DNA of 64,000 nucleotides from Mytilus trossulus (lineage: Eukaryota). The notes under the pieces are model-generated. The model had not been told where the DNA came from, did not search any database, and worked only from the letters and a program-made list of their open reading frames with translations. The stretch's first letter is position 1. Every line of letters starts with the position of its first letter. The position numbers and the translations under genes were made by a program. The DNA is taken from assembly GCF_036588685.1 (NCBI RefSeq), contig NC_086373.1, positions 47,492,001-47,556,000 on the forward strand, in the 5' to 3' direction. Shown one piece after another: positions 40,907 to 54,300 of the stretch.

Positions 40907-42124
40907 TTAAAGTTGCATACCCATTATGGGCTAAACAGTGGCGGTAATTTACTAGAGCGATTCTCAGGGCTGATTTTTCACACTGATTTACACACGTTTC
41001 TAGTTGGGTTTTTTTTAACCTTCGAGGTAAAGTGTTGAATTTTAAAAAAAATAGCTTTAATGTTAATTCTTATCAAAATAGTATCAAAATAGTAACAGGA
41101 TTCAACTAGTTGCAGGTATATCAAATGGTTAAAGAAATATGGATTTCTGATTAGTATTAAGTCTGGTCACGCATTATCTTTCACGATCAAAATAATGCGT
41201 TGCCTGATCTTTGACGATCAAGTTTGATGAAAATTCAACAAAATTCAAAGTTTTCATAAACTAATTAACGCTTTTTAAGAGAAGAGCATACTTTTATTTT
41301 ACTGTACTATCAGATACACCAAAGATTGAATTTCAAATATATCATGATTTATTTAAATATGACCATTATAGGTACAAATAGTGTGTTTTATTAAATTAAT
41401 TCCATAGCCATGCATTGCGCCTAACCCTTATGTGTTTTTTCATAAAGAATTTTCTTTATCTTATTGCACAGTAATGTTGAGGAAGTTGAACCATTTTGAC
41501 AGACATATTTTTTGTTTGGATTTTTTCCGCGTTTTGAAAATTAAGCGATTTTTTCACAGATTCTGAACTAGAATTTACATTAAATGTCTTTCACGATCCG
41601 GTACCAGAGCTGTCACGATCGTCTCGCAATACTTGACCACCGTTAGATATTCTTTCACGATCATTTCTCTCGTTAAGCCGAATGACACCCGTGCAATACA
41701 AACGGTGACCAGCTAATTTCATGTAGACAGTACCGGTTGAATTTAAACGATTTATTGTAATATGTGATGAGCGTTTTCGTTTACATGACCAAAATAATTG
41801 TTGAATGATTTAATCATTCAACAATTATTTTGGTCATGCCCTTTCAGACAAGTAGCACCCTTCTGCCCTGGGATTCAAGCTGGAACACTGACATTGATTG
41901 ATGAGCGTTTTCGTTAACATGACCAAAATAATTGTAGTGCCAAATCTTTTTACTCTTTTATATAAAATACAAACGGTGACCAGATTATTTCATGTAACGG
42001 TTGTATTTTAAACAATCTATGGAATATGTGATTGTCATCAAGTATTTCGTAAATCATAATATTGCCTCAATAGTCTTTAAAAATCGTAAATACTTTTGTT
42101 TCATTGGACTCCTCAAAAATATTA

Positions 42125-42420
42125 TCAGCTCAGTAGTCTGTACTTCAGTGCTTATGTGATTTATAACAAACCATTCTCAAATTAATGGTCTGTTTATGAA
42201 TTTAAAAATCATCAAGAAACTAAGGTTATAACTTCGGATCTTATAACTGCCCGACAAAGTTGACCTTAGATTTGTGTACTTATATTTTCGGTCCTTTTTG
42301 ACAAATTTCTCTTCTTCTGTCTTCTATAGAAGGCTTTAAAATATTAGGCTTTGAATGTACTGATCATCGATGGGGGTAAATCCAGAAAATCGGTTCGGAT
42401 TCATGAAATTTATATTTTTT
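42125..42420 (+). mobile_element. Highly diverged retrozyme-related repeat
   Basis: Collinear similarity to 730-960 (AGC.CAGTAGTC...ACTT, CTGTTTA..AATTT, ACTAA.G.TT, ACCTTAG, TT.GGTCC), followed by a damaged CTGAT..GG-TAAAT-CC-AGAAA core. Confidence 0.5.
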
Positions 42421-45400
42421 TAAATTACAAAACTGGGTTGATAACGTCCACTCCGCTGCTGGTGAACTATGATCATGCAGTCCCCGACATGATTTAGGAA
42501 GCAACCATCTTAATTCAAGGGGGATATGTTTGGGCTTTTTTTTTTTTTTTTTTATCTTAGTCAAATTGGGGATCAGAATGATACCCCCTTTGAAGTTAAA
42601 TTGTCGTTCCTTTACAAAATTTCTTAAAGTGCACATTTCCTTTTTTCAAGAGGAGATTCCATCAAAGACAAAAATCACAATAACTTGACTGAACAAAATG
42701 GGGCTCTATATCCAGGAGGGTCCACCAAGACCATTCTATGTCTAATGTACATTTAGACAGGAGGACTAATCAAGATGATAAATGAAGACACAGAGTAACT
42801 CGATCAAAGCATAAGCGTGGCCAATCATTTGCCATATTGTTGAGAGAAAGTGATGTTTTTTCAGTTAGAGGTCGATATTAGATCTCAGAATTAGAATGTG
42901 TTACTAATTTTCAAAAAAAACATCAAAACCATTAAGCTTACAACTTCAATCATTTTATTAATATTTGTATATTAAATTCAAAAAATACAAATTGAGCTGA
43001 ACATAACATAAATCAATTATACACATATATATATAAGATACACAGTTGCACACTAATTATCAATGGTTTAATGATGATAATCTTATTGCACAGTTGCTTG
43101 CTATATTACGTAACAGCTATGATTTCTATTTATAAAGTTGTTTAAACATAATAATTTTAGAATATTAGATTTCAATATGTTACTGGTCTATTTAAAAAAT
43201 TAGACAGACAGCAACAGATGTTTGACAAAAAAAACCCAGCTGTTATTCAATTGACTTTTTATAAATTAAAATCTAATCTAAGCAACCTGTACAATTGGCA
43301 GTTTCAAATTAGGTACTAATTCAATGTTCTTATAAGTTCAGGATCACAATAGGGGGTTGAATAATTGGTGTCAAAATTTTATAGATAATAAATAATTCTA
43401 AAACTACCCCTTTTGTACTGTCTTTGATATTTTTTGTACAATGGTGCAACAGACTCTGGATGATTAAAATGTTACCCTGTTTTAATATATATGCAAAAAT
43501 TGAAAAATTTACCCTATTTCACTATTTGTTTAAATCTTACAAAAATAGCCCCATGTTTAATTCGTTTAACCAAAAATACAATATAAAACAAGCCAGGAGA
43601 TATAATATACCCTTTCTTGTTTCACCGTTGAGAAATCACAAAAAGTAAAACGCCTCTGATATATTTACATTCTTGTGATTCTCCATGTTTTAAAACATAC
43701 ATCAATCAAATATAAATCTTGCTTTTTAATTACATATCAAAAGAAACCATGGTAATAAAATATTTGTATTTTTATTGCATACCTGCCAACTGTCACTATT
43801 TGCGGGGGATTTCCCCCATGGAGGCTCCCAAATTGAAATTTTGAAAGAGCAATTTTGTCCACAATTTTAAACAAAACAGTTAATTTTACAATGACTCTAG
43901 GCTTATAAAAGCGTGAAGAAGCCAAAAAAATAACATTAAAATGTATTTGAAGGCATCCTTGAAGGGTTTTTTTAGGACTATGACAGCCATCTTGCACGCA
44001 AAACCCACATGGGCATTTTGAAAAGTTTGCAGGTATGTTATTGCTTGATGACACATTTCTCCTATCCTAAATATCAGATTCCTACATGGAGCACCACTTA
44101 CTTTATTATTAACAATGTCATCATTGTAAAAATCGCATATCAAGAATTTCAATTTCATGGTAAGAATTTTTAAGTGAAACATTACAAATGTATCGCTGGT
44201 ATGATAACAAAAACAAGATATGAAAAAATTTCCATTAATATGATTATTGCTGGATAAAAATTTCATTCTTCTAAATTCTTTCTGAAATGTATGAATAAAA
44301 ATGAATCAGCTACACAAAAAGTGCATTTAAATTTTTAAAAAAATAGTTTGGAAATTGTGAGATAATAGATCTGATTGATCATGCATTTTAGCCTTCTAAA
44401 GATGCTGACTTAATCTTGGTAAAACTGTTTTAAATTCTATTTACAATAATTTTTTTTGTTTTTCATATTCAAACAATGTTTTCATCTCTTGAAAAATGGC
44501 ATTAAAATGAAACTTCATTATAATAACTTGAACTTTCATTTTAATATCAAGTCCGGGAAATCTTGTTTTGCCACGAAAAAGTTAAAAAAAAAAAAAATTC
44601 CACACACATTCAAAGCAGAGCACTATGATGCATCTCATAAACAGATGATTGGCAGTGTACACAAATATTTGACAATTTTTTTACAAGTGTACCCTGGATT
44701 TATATCATTTAATAAATATTACAACAACACTACAACACAGAAGGCACCATATCTAAATATTCTCCTAACGTTATTGTCAAAGGATATCACTGTCGTCCAA
44801 CATTATTACATGTTTCTCTATTTACAGATAATGTAGACGCATCCATATATTTTCATGAAATTTATTTTAACAACTGCAATATAAGATTTTGTTCTAATTT
44901 GTTTTCTTTTTAATTAAGTCCAAATACACACTAAAAGTTTAAAATATCCCTAGCTATATATGCATGGCCACAAGAAGGGCTGTAATTGCTGTCAGAATAT
45001 ACTAGGTTAAGGAGATATATGACTAAACTAATACACAAACATTCAAATACTTAATATGGGATTAAGTTCCCCTAGGTTACTGATAAGATGAATGATAAGT
45101 TATAATGTTAATAAAATTAATATGAATTAGGATTTGAACTTCAAATTTTGAAGACAATGAAAAAATTTAATCATAAATACATTCCAGCAAAGAAAACTAT
45201 AAATAAAAACTGGGCATTCAGAAAAAGAGAAATTGAAAGTTACAATAGCAAGTATTGCGACTTTTGTTTTAATTAAGCTAATAAATAAATACTGCAACAC
45301 AAATTGTAAAACAATATAAAAAATCACTATTTTTATTTTGGGTTGTCTCTCTTGGATCACGCTAATAAAGAATAATAACGAAAAATGCATGTACCATACA

Positions 45401-47879
45401 CTCATTCATTTACAGAAAATTAAATTTTACATACGTACATAAGACCATATGCATTAAAAACAACCATGGAAAAATTTCCAATCAGTTTTGGGTTGCTTTA
45501 TAGGCACTGCAGTTTAAAATATCTATTTATTCTAAAATAATACTAAAAATTTACATTATTGATTATTGGGCACTATTCACAATTCAATTAAAAGAATTCC
45601 TTGCTTTCAGTGTAAAACTTATGAATTATATGTCTCAGTGCCAAATTTTCTATACTTCAATCTAAAAATTTGATGCAAAGCATGCATGCCTGAAGTAAAA
45701 CAGAAATTACTTTTTTGAACAAGACTTAGATATTGGAGCTTGTACTGTGACCACATTTATCTCAGACATTTATAAGCATCTTATACGTAGATTCAGTTGG
45801 AATTATGTTCATTTGCATTGTAAAGATTTTTGTCTGTGTCAAAATCAGTATCTGAAAAATTATCATGGAACAGGTTGTTTTTTCTCTTCCACTTATCTTT
45901 CAAATTAATATGTGGTTGTAAATGCATAAAAAATCGGCAGTATTTTCTACTTGATTGTAACCAATTCCAGTGTTTAATTTGGATTCATGGTGGACCAATA
46001 AACTAATAAATTTTACTGAAAGCAAAGCAATTTGTCTAGTCCTGAGTGTGCCATATATAAACTAGTTATTTACAAACTAAAATCATCATGGAATGCAAAT
46101 GAAAAAGGGAATCATAAATGATAAAAATGAAAAACATTCAAATAAATTATCAGCATGCAAGAACTAACTGAATAAAATTAATTCCTTCAGATTCAAATCT
46201 ATGGGGCATACCTACCAACCCCGATAGTCATTCTCACAAAAAAATTTAAGCATTAGATTTTTGCAGAAAAGGGGGAGGGTTATAATTTTGTATTCAACTT
46301 TCACTGTTGACAATATTGTTAGTCTAGCATTTTACTTTTTCTCACTTGAAATCCTGAATCCACCCCTGCATTTATATATTTTTCTATCTATAAACAGACG
46401 GGATGGAAGACTAATCAATCTAAAAACATCTTTTAATTACCGGTATTCATCTACTCATGATCATGTAGGATGGGGAAATCTAATTACCAGTAACCAAAAT
46501 AAAATCGTCTGGAACACATACATAATAATACTTACATACTTTAAGTATACATAAATACACTTATTACCACAGAAGTTGGTTATGTATCATACTATTAAAA
46601 TGAGCCAATTGATGCAAAAATACTAAGTACCTGAAGGTCATAAATAAACAAAATAGATGTTTTACATCAAGAAACAATCTTTGCTGCAAATATTAGTAAA
46701 TAAGAGTATTAATAAATGTAATTAAATATTGCATACTCTTGTACAACAGAGTCATTTAGCTGCGTATATATAAGATGTACTTGTATATCAGAAGTATGTT
46801 AGACAACGAATATTGGCACATTGTCACTGTCAAGTCTTGACTATTAACATAAATATTAGGAGTATATTATATCAAGGATACTAATAAAGTTAATTAGATT
46901 TCATAGGTTTATTAAGATACAGTCTGTATCAATTTTCACGGCTTAATCTTTCTCCAAAACAACTGAGGTAGGATTTTTTTAAATAATGCAATTGATACCA
47001 AAACGAAGAGAACACTATATATCAGTCTACAAAATATTTTCTAAAAATTCAAATATAATAAATTGGTTATTAATTTCAATACTAAATGTGATTAAGAATA
47101 ATGTTGACTCAATGTTCAGTCATAAAAACTTGTTTAAAATAACATTAAAATGATTAAAACATTTTTTGACAATAAATATCAATGTCAAAATCTAACACTT
47201 GTAATAAGCACTTTCTAATATTGTCTAACTTATGTTTCTAATATAACATTCATTTCATACAACAGTTTGCTGTTTAAAAGTTTATGCTTAATAATGATTT
47301 TTTAATTAAAGAGAACTGAAAATAAATTAATCCCCGGTCATAGAATGCTTCATACAGACAAAATTTTCACTTCAACTTTCAGTGAGTAATTGCAGATTTT
47401 TATGCAATGGGAAAATTTCAAAAAGGAGAATACTTTAATTTGTTCCTTATCTCTAGAGTAATTTTTATACTATAGTATCTATAAACTACAGGTTTCGATT
47501 TTTCGTACAAATTGTATAATTCCAAAAACAAACTTTCTTATAAGGGAATTGATATAAGTAATAATTCAGATAAAATATATAATAAATTTACATCTTTTCC
47601 TACAGAACTACCTATAATGGAAGCTCTACGGAATGCATCAACTCATACTTTTAAGCCACATCAATTGCATTTTTAAGTTCTTTGTATTTTTCTAATGGAG
47701 GGAGATTGCACTGTTTTACTTTAAATTTACAAAAACGATTCAAAAATTAAAAATAAAATGGTATTGCTTCACAAAATATTAGAAAAATCAAAAGACTTTT
47801 GCAGGTGACATGTGAAATTTTCTGAAAAATTTAAAACTATGTCACAATCCATGGGCTCTAGACAATAAGGCTATCATTA

Positions 47880-47959
47880 CACAGGCACTTGTCTCAAAAA
47901 AAAAATTCCTTTATACCTTAATGGTATATAGGAATTTTTTTTTGAGACAAGTGCCTGTG
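47880..47959. mobile_element. 80-bp hairpin MITE with 8-bp TSD (P- or hAT-like); further copies at 52196-52273 and a half copy at 52116-52158
   Basis: CACAGGCACTTGTCTC..GAGACAAGTGCCTGTG; TATCATTA is duplicated at 47872-47879 and 47960-47967. Confidence 0.85.
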
Positions 47960-48328
47960 TATCATTACTTATAGATACCTATATAGTAAGTAAATAGATA
48001 TGAACATTTCTGATCCCAGTTTCCTCACTTGCTAGCTTTTCCATGACCTGTACTTTTGTTTTGCAATATTTACATAGTATATCATATAAATATTTATTCA
48101 ACAGGTTGCATAAAACTAATCCCATATACATGTATAAGAATCAATATTTTTTAGTAAAATTACTTTGCAGAAATAAACCTGGCATCTGCATTCTTTTACA
48201 TATTAGGTCATACACTATCTAGAGAGTTTCAGAATAATTACAGTTGGCACAACCAGCCCTTACAAAAAAATAAATAAATTATTTGATTATTATTTGATTA
48301 AGCCTTCAGACCATATGGAATGTTCAGT

Positions 48329-51300
48329 TTAAGACACACATAAAGCACTTAGTAAACCAAGAAATATACTAAACACTGTAAGTTTAGGGATAGTAGCTGT
48401 GCCATTTCGCCCTCCATCATTTGTCTCTTGACTTTTTGTGTCCCCTTTAACAGGCTCCTTTGGCTCTGGTTCTGGTTTCGGTTTGGGTTCTGGTTTTGGT
48501 GCTGAAAAGTTCAGAATATCCTTATTCAATTCCACAGCACAATGATAGATAAAAGTATCCTGTGTAGTTAATATCAAAAGAAAATGGTTTACTTCAAATT
48601 TCCTGTGTAATAACAGGGACTTTCTGTTAGCATGGTTAGTATAGAAATAAAAGTCCTTGGTAATAAACAATACAAATGGTAGCGTAGTATTCAGTTTATA
48701 ATAGCAAAAGAAAATAGTTTAACTTCAAATTTCTTGTGTAATGAAAATCTCAATTGAAATTCCACGGAGTTAATATCAACCTTTTAGTAAACGTGTACTC
48801 GAATTAATATGAAATTCATATATTGATATCCCGAAACCATCCCGAAGCACATGCAAAGGTAAATGGCGAGTTGTACATATAATATGCAAAGGCATCGCAT
48901 CGGAATTGAAACTCTGATATATCCTTTTCTTACATTTTTTTTTTTTTGTATTTTAAATTTCTATATTAAAAGTTCGATACCTGGTGTGGTTAGAAGCTGT
49001 GGTTTTCCCACTTCAACTGTAACAGGCTTAGGGCTTGTTGGAAATTCGTATTTTATGCAATCACTCGGAAGACTGCTAGGACAATCTTCTTTTGGTGCTC
49101 CACCTATATATAGAATCAAATAAACAAGTATTATAAAAGAACACATATTTTATCTATCCAAGATACAAGGGAAATTTGCATATTTTTTCTTAAAATTGTT
49201 CATAAATATCTAGAGAAATGAATTCTTCAGGGTAAATTCCATGTAATTTCGGATATGATAAATATGTCCAAGGGCACAACTAGTTAAAAATATTTGATCA
49301 GCACTTATTTTCGAAATTGTCAAGTTTCAATTTATAAGTTTCATAAAATTGTGGCAAGAACTGTTTTCATGAGAGCGCTAATGATGCAATTTTCTTAAAT
49401 TATTATTTCCACGGGTCATTACTCTTTCAAAAAATAGTTAATCTTCACAGATTTTCGAACTCATCTAAGACATTGATCTCGTCAAAATCTGGCAAGAATT
49501 GTACCCATACTCACAAAGCAATGTTTCATATACTTAATATTTCCAAGAGGCATAACTCTAATCATCACAGATTTTCAAGCACATTCAAGACATCTCTGAT
49601 ATAAACATGCATACAATAAAAGTTTCATAAAAATCTGGCAAGAATTGTTTTCATGAGAGCGCTTATGTGCAATTTTGCACTTCATAAATGTTTCCAAGGT
49701 GCATAACTCTTTTTAAAATAATTGATCGGCACTGATTTTCGAACTCGTTCCAGACATAATGATGACAAAAACCTGATATATAAGTTTTATAAAAACCTGC
49801 CAAGAATTGTACATGTGAGAGCGATAACAAGACCGGGTGGACAGACGGACGGGCGCCCAGTACTTATATGTCTTTTCGCATTTGCGTTGCGCAGCCAGGG
49901 GATAACCATACAGAAAGCTTATCATTAGAATTGAGAATGGAAATGGGAATGTGTCAAAGAGACAATAACCTGAACAAAGAGAAGAAAGTTGACACAAGAA
50001 GGGATATGAGAAATGATAACACTCAGATAACTATGCACACAAGTTCAAAGGACAAAAATGTAAATAATTGTAAATGTCACTTAACAGTCTTCAACAATGA
50101 GCAAAGATACAGTACAACTTGCTGAACTATAGATCCAGGGATGAGAATTGTAAAAAAATATATTGATAAAAGAAAACCAAAGGCAAAAATTCAGAGACAA
50201 GAGCCTTTGGGTTATCATTTATCATCTCCATTCGCAAAAATTTCAGAGGGACAACCCTCACTCCGTGACCAAATGACCTGTGTGCTATCAACTATTGGTC
50301 ATCATACGAACTTTAACAGTGAGCAAAAAAAGTCATGAGCTAATATAAGACAAATATACTAACCACTTGGTCCAATAGGATTCATACCACAAACAAGTGT
50401 CAATTCATATATATCTTGGTATGAGACACCTTCAGGTGCACCATAAGATGGTACTAAATGGTTTCCATCTTCTTGCAGAAAAACAACATAATCGGTGACA
50501 CCTTCTTCTGCCGGTTTTACTTCAAATGAATAACAGTTTGGTCTCACGATACCTGAAAATATAGTTTTCTATCGTGTTAAATAAATGCTTCGCTGGGCGC
50601 AGCTGGATACGACCGCAGAGGTCGGCAGCTCTCAGCAGTTGGGACAAAAATTAACACAATATTCGCGCTTGATAAAGGTCTGAATTTGGATTGAAATTAA
50701 ATATGTGACACATAATAGGTTTCTGACACAGAATAACTGTAGTCAAAGAACTTAGATTTGGTTATATGATTTGAATTTATATTATTTTTTTTGCTTTTGT
50801 GCAATACACTTTCCTATTGCGAATTGACCTTTTGCAAAAAAAAAAAAATTTGAAGAAATTTTCTTTTTAATTTCTGAAATCTGAAATGAGAAAAAATGCC
50901 CATCCGCCAATGTTTTTTTCACTTCCCCCTGTTTCACCGAAAAAAATGTTTTCGCACAAGATATGGTCATAATCTCAATTCAAATTTCCACTGACTGGAG
51001 TTTGCAACCATAATTACTAATTTAAATATATCATTCAAGTCTTAAAAGAGAAAATGACATATATAATATAGCTAAAATTAATATTCCTTTAATAGTAACT
51101 TCTAAAAATAAATTGACAGCTAATCACCTCAAGACAATACAACATTTCTTAATACATAATTTAAAAGCAGTGTAAGGGAGGTACTCAAAACATACACAGC
51201 ATTGTACTTTAAACGTGTTTGGATTAACTCCCTCACCCTTAAAATTGTCCATTAACCAGGAAACCCTTGTTTTTCCCCTTTTATGCTTCTAATTCCTAAA

Positions 51301-54300
51301 CAGTTTGAGCAATACTCCTCCCCCTTTTCAACACCACTACCCCCCAAAGTCAATCCTTACCATCTTTTTTTGGTATGGAAACTTGTGGTATTATTTCAGA
51401 GAGGTTCATACACCGTTCCACACGTTATTGTCTGGAAACTAGAAAAAAATGCTTATTTGGGCCCCTTTTTGGTCCCCAATTCCTACACTGGTAGGACCAT
51501 AACCCCCAAAATCAATCCCAACCTTCCTTTTGTGGTTATTTATGTATAAATTTCATAGATTTCTATTTACTTATACTAAAGTTATTGTCTGGAAACCAAA
51601 TATCTTCGGACGACGACTAAGACGTGATACCAATATACGACCGCAAATTTTTTTCCCGGTCGTATAAAAAGGAGATTTGGTATCATGTGATTGACAAGGA
51701 TGAATATTTCAACAATTATGTCATCATACAACAACAACAACAACAACAACAAATCATATGATGACGACAACAATAAGCAAACCCAAAGTGAACAGAAGGC
51801 TAAAAAGGCCCCGTTATGACAAAATTTATGTAAGTCAAGTAAGCATCTATAAAAAACCAACAACAAAAACTGGGCAACTAGTTGCCAGCTCAGTGACCTG
51901 GTAACCCATATATGTAAATGTTTCATTCATGCTCAATTTAAGTCGATTGTCCATTAAATAATCTTCTTCTGATTTTTTATTTAAATTTGATACATCATCG
52001 GAAAATTTGGTTTCTAAGATTTATGTGCCGGAGCGCTTTTAATTTGTAATGGTGCTGTTTGAACTTGAGACAAACAGCGTTTCACATTATTAAAATTTAT
52101 TTTACAGTATATATGCACAGGCACTTGTCTCAGAAAAAAATTTCCTATATACCTTATTATGTTTACTAATGTAACGTGCAGGTCTGTATACCAGACACAG
52201 GCACTTGTCTCAGAAAAAAATTTCCTATATACCTTATTAAAAAGGAATTTTTTTTCTGAGACAAGTGCCTGTGTATAACATGTATTAATCGACTTTTGAC
52301 GTGTGAACTACAATACCGTAATGTAATCAATAATCAACTAGAGCAGAGTAATAGAATGTTGGTATTAATTAATCAATAATTGAATCATCACTGAATGACT
52401 TTGCATGCCATCATCAACAATATGGCGTTCATGTTTCTTTATGACAACCTATTGATTTACTATAAATAGTCTCTGATGAAAATAGGATGTTACAGGTGAG
52501 AAAGATCCAGACTGAGTAACTAAATTAAAAAAATCTTCACATTTTTAGTCGATATCGACACCTTCTGATGAGGTCACCTTATACGACTGCCATAGGCCAA
52601 GGAGATGGTGTAGCACTAGTTAGGCCTTCTACAGTTCAGTCAACCCAAAGTTCATCCCCATACCGAATAACAAGCCACAATCACGGGATATCAACAACTC
52701 TGTCTCAAAAGATAATCCTCGTGATCGGATTTAAGCTTTTATTTATCATTTTACAAAAACAACTACGACAGATGATAACGAACGACAACCAAGCACTGGA
52801 AAACGAGACTCTCGCTCGGTACAGGCATGCCATCTTCTAAAGTTATTTGATGAATATTTTCTCGTTTATCAATCATACCATATCTCATTTATAACGTTTA
52901 TCATTTTGATAAATCACTTTGGATCACTTTGGAAAACCTCAGAAGTCTTATACAAAATCTCCAATTAATATGATGCTATTGCAATTGACAATGGAACCTA
53001 CATATAAATTGTCTTAGTTGGAACAGTGAGTGACGAATCCCCTAGTTAAGTTCTTGTTCAAGTTTTTATATTTTACTTAAAAAAGATAGGGCCGTATAAT
53101 GGGAGATAAATCTTGAAATCAGTTAAGCGTTCGAAATAGACAGTTTCGCCATTGCTGTTCAAACATTCTTGTGTTACTAAGATGCTTAGAAGAAAGGTGG
53201 AAGGACCTTTTTCGAGACGACGGGATTAGGCAAATATGATTCCTATATTCTTGCGGAAATTCTGGATTGGCGCGGCCTTGTCAAGTGTGGGAATCGAGTA
53301 TTTGCCTCTATCGGACTTGCATGGGAATTGAAGATTTACTTTTCGGGATCCTGGAAAGAATGCCTTAATATTTGCCGAAATTAAGGATGACACCACCTAC
53401 TACTTCGTGTTTGAATTCAACAATTTGAAAATAGGTTGTTATAAAGAAACATGAACGCCATATTGTATTCAAAACACAACATTGATTTTGACGGTTGTGT
53501 TCACCTTGATCTACCTTTTCAAGAACCGCTGGGTTCTAATGATCTTCTTTTCGAATGTTACTGTTGAAAAAAAATACAAAGATTGTGATCTTTCTAAACA
53601 TATTAAACAAATACCAATGGAATCATAGCTAGGTATTCTCCCAACATGTGAAACCTTGATGGGCATATCTGAAAACTGACCAACTGAATGACCCAGTAAA
53701 AAGTTCAAGAACACAACAGAATGGTAACCGTTTTTACAATGGTAACCGTTTTTACTTTTCCCAGAGAGGTGTCTACCGAAAAAGCTTATTTGAAAATATC
53801 ATGTTGGTAGAAACTGATTTTGAGCCCATGCATGTGTTTCGCGAATTATGGCTCATGTACTATTGCAGTTATGTGGAAGAGACGTGTACGTTAATTAAAA
53901 CCTTAATTTTCTGACAATGCATTCTGCAAATTACAATAATTTTTTGTCAGCTCCAGATGTAAAGATGATTATCTATGTATCACGAACTTCTTTTTTCTTT
54001 AAACCTTTATGCAGTTACATGATATTTGTAGAATGGAGAAGATATCATTCATGTCGTGCCTAAAGGCAAAGGAAAAACGCAGTGCACGCCAAAATGCATC
54101 TGTTTCTCATTCAACTAATAACTATCTCTTATCATAACACAGAAAACTAGATATTATTCTGTTATCTGTGGACAATACCTGGCAGAACTGCAATACAAAC
54201 GTGTTAATATTACAACACGGGCGTTGTCCTGTGTCCGTAGCAATCAAATACCACACACATGTCTGTATAGTCATATTTCACGCCTCTATGACTGTATTGT

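Noticed and set aside
52565-52600. CTGATGAG motif suggesting another hammerhead
   Set aside because: No downstream GAAA box or stem III.
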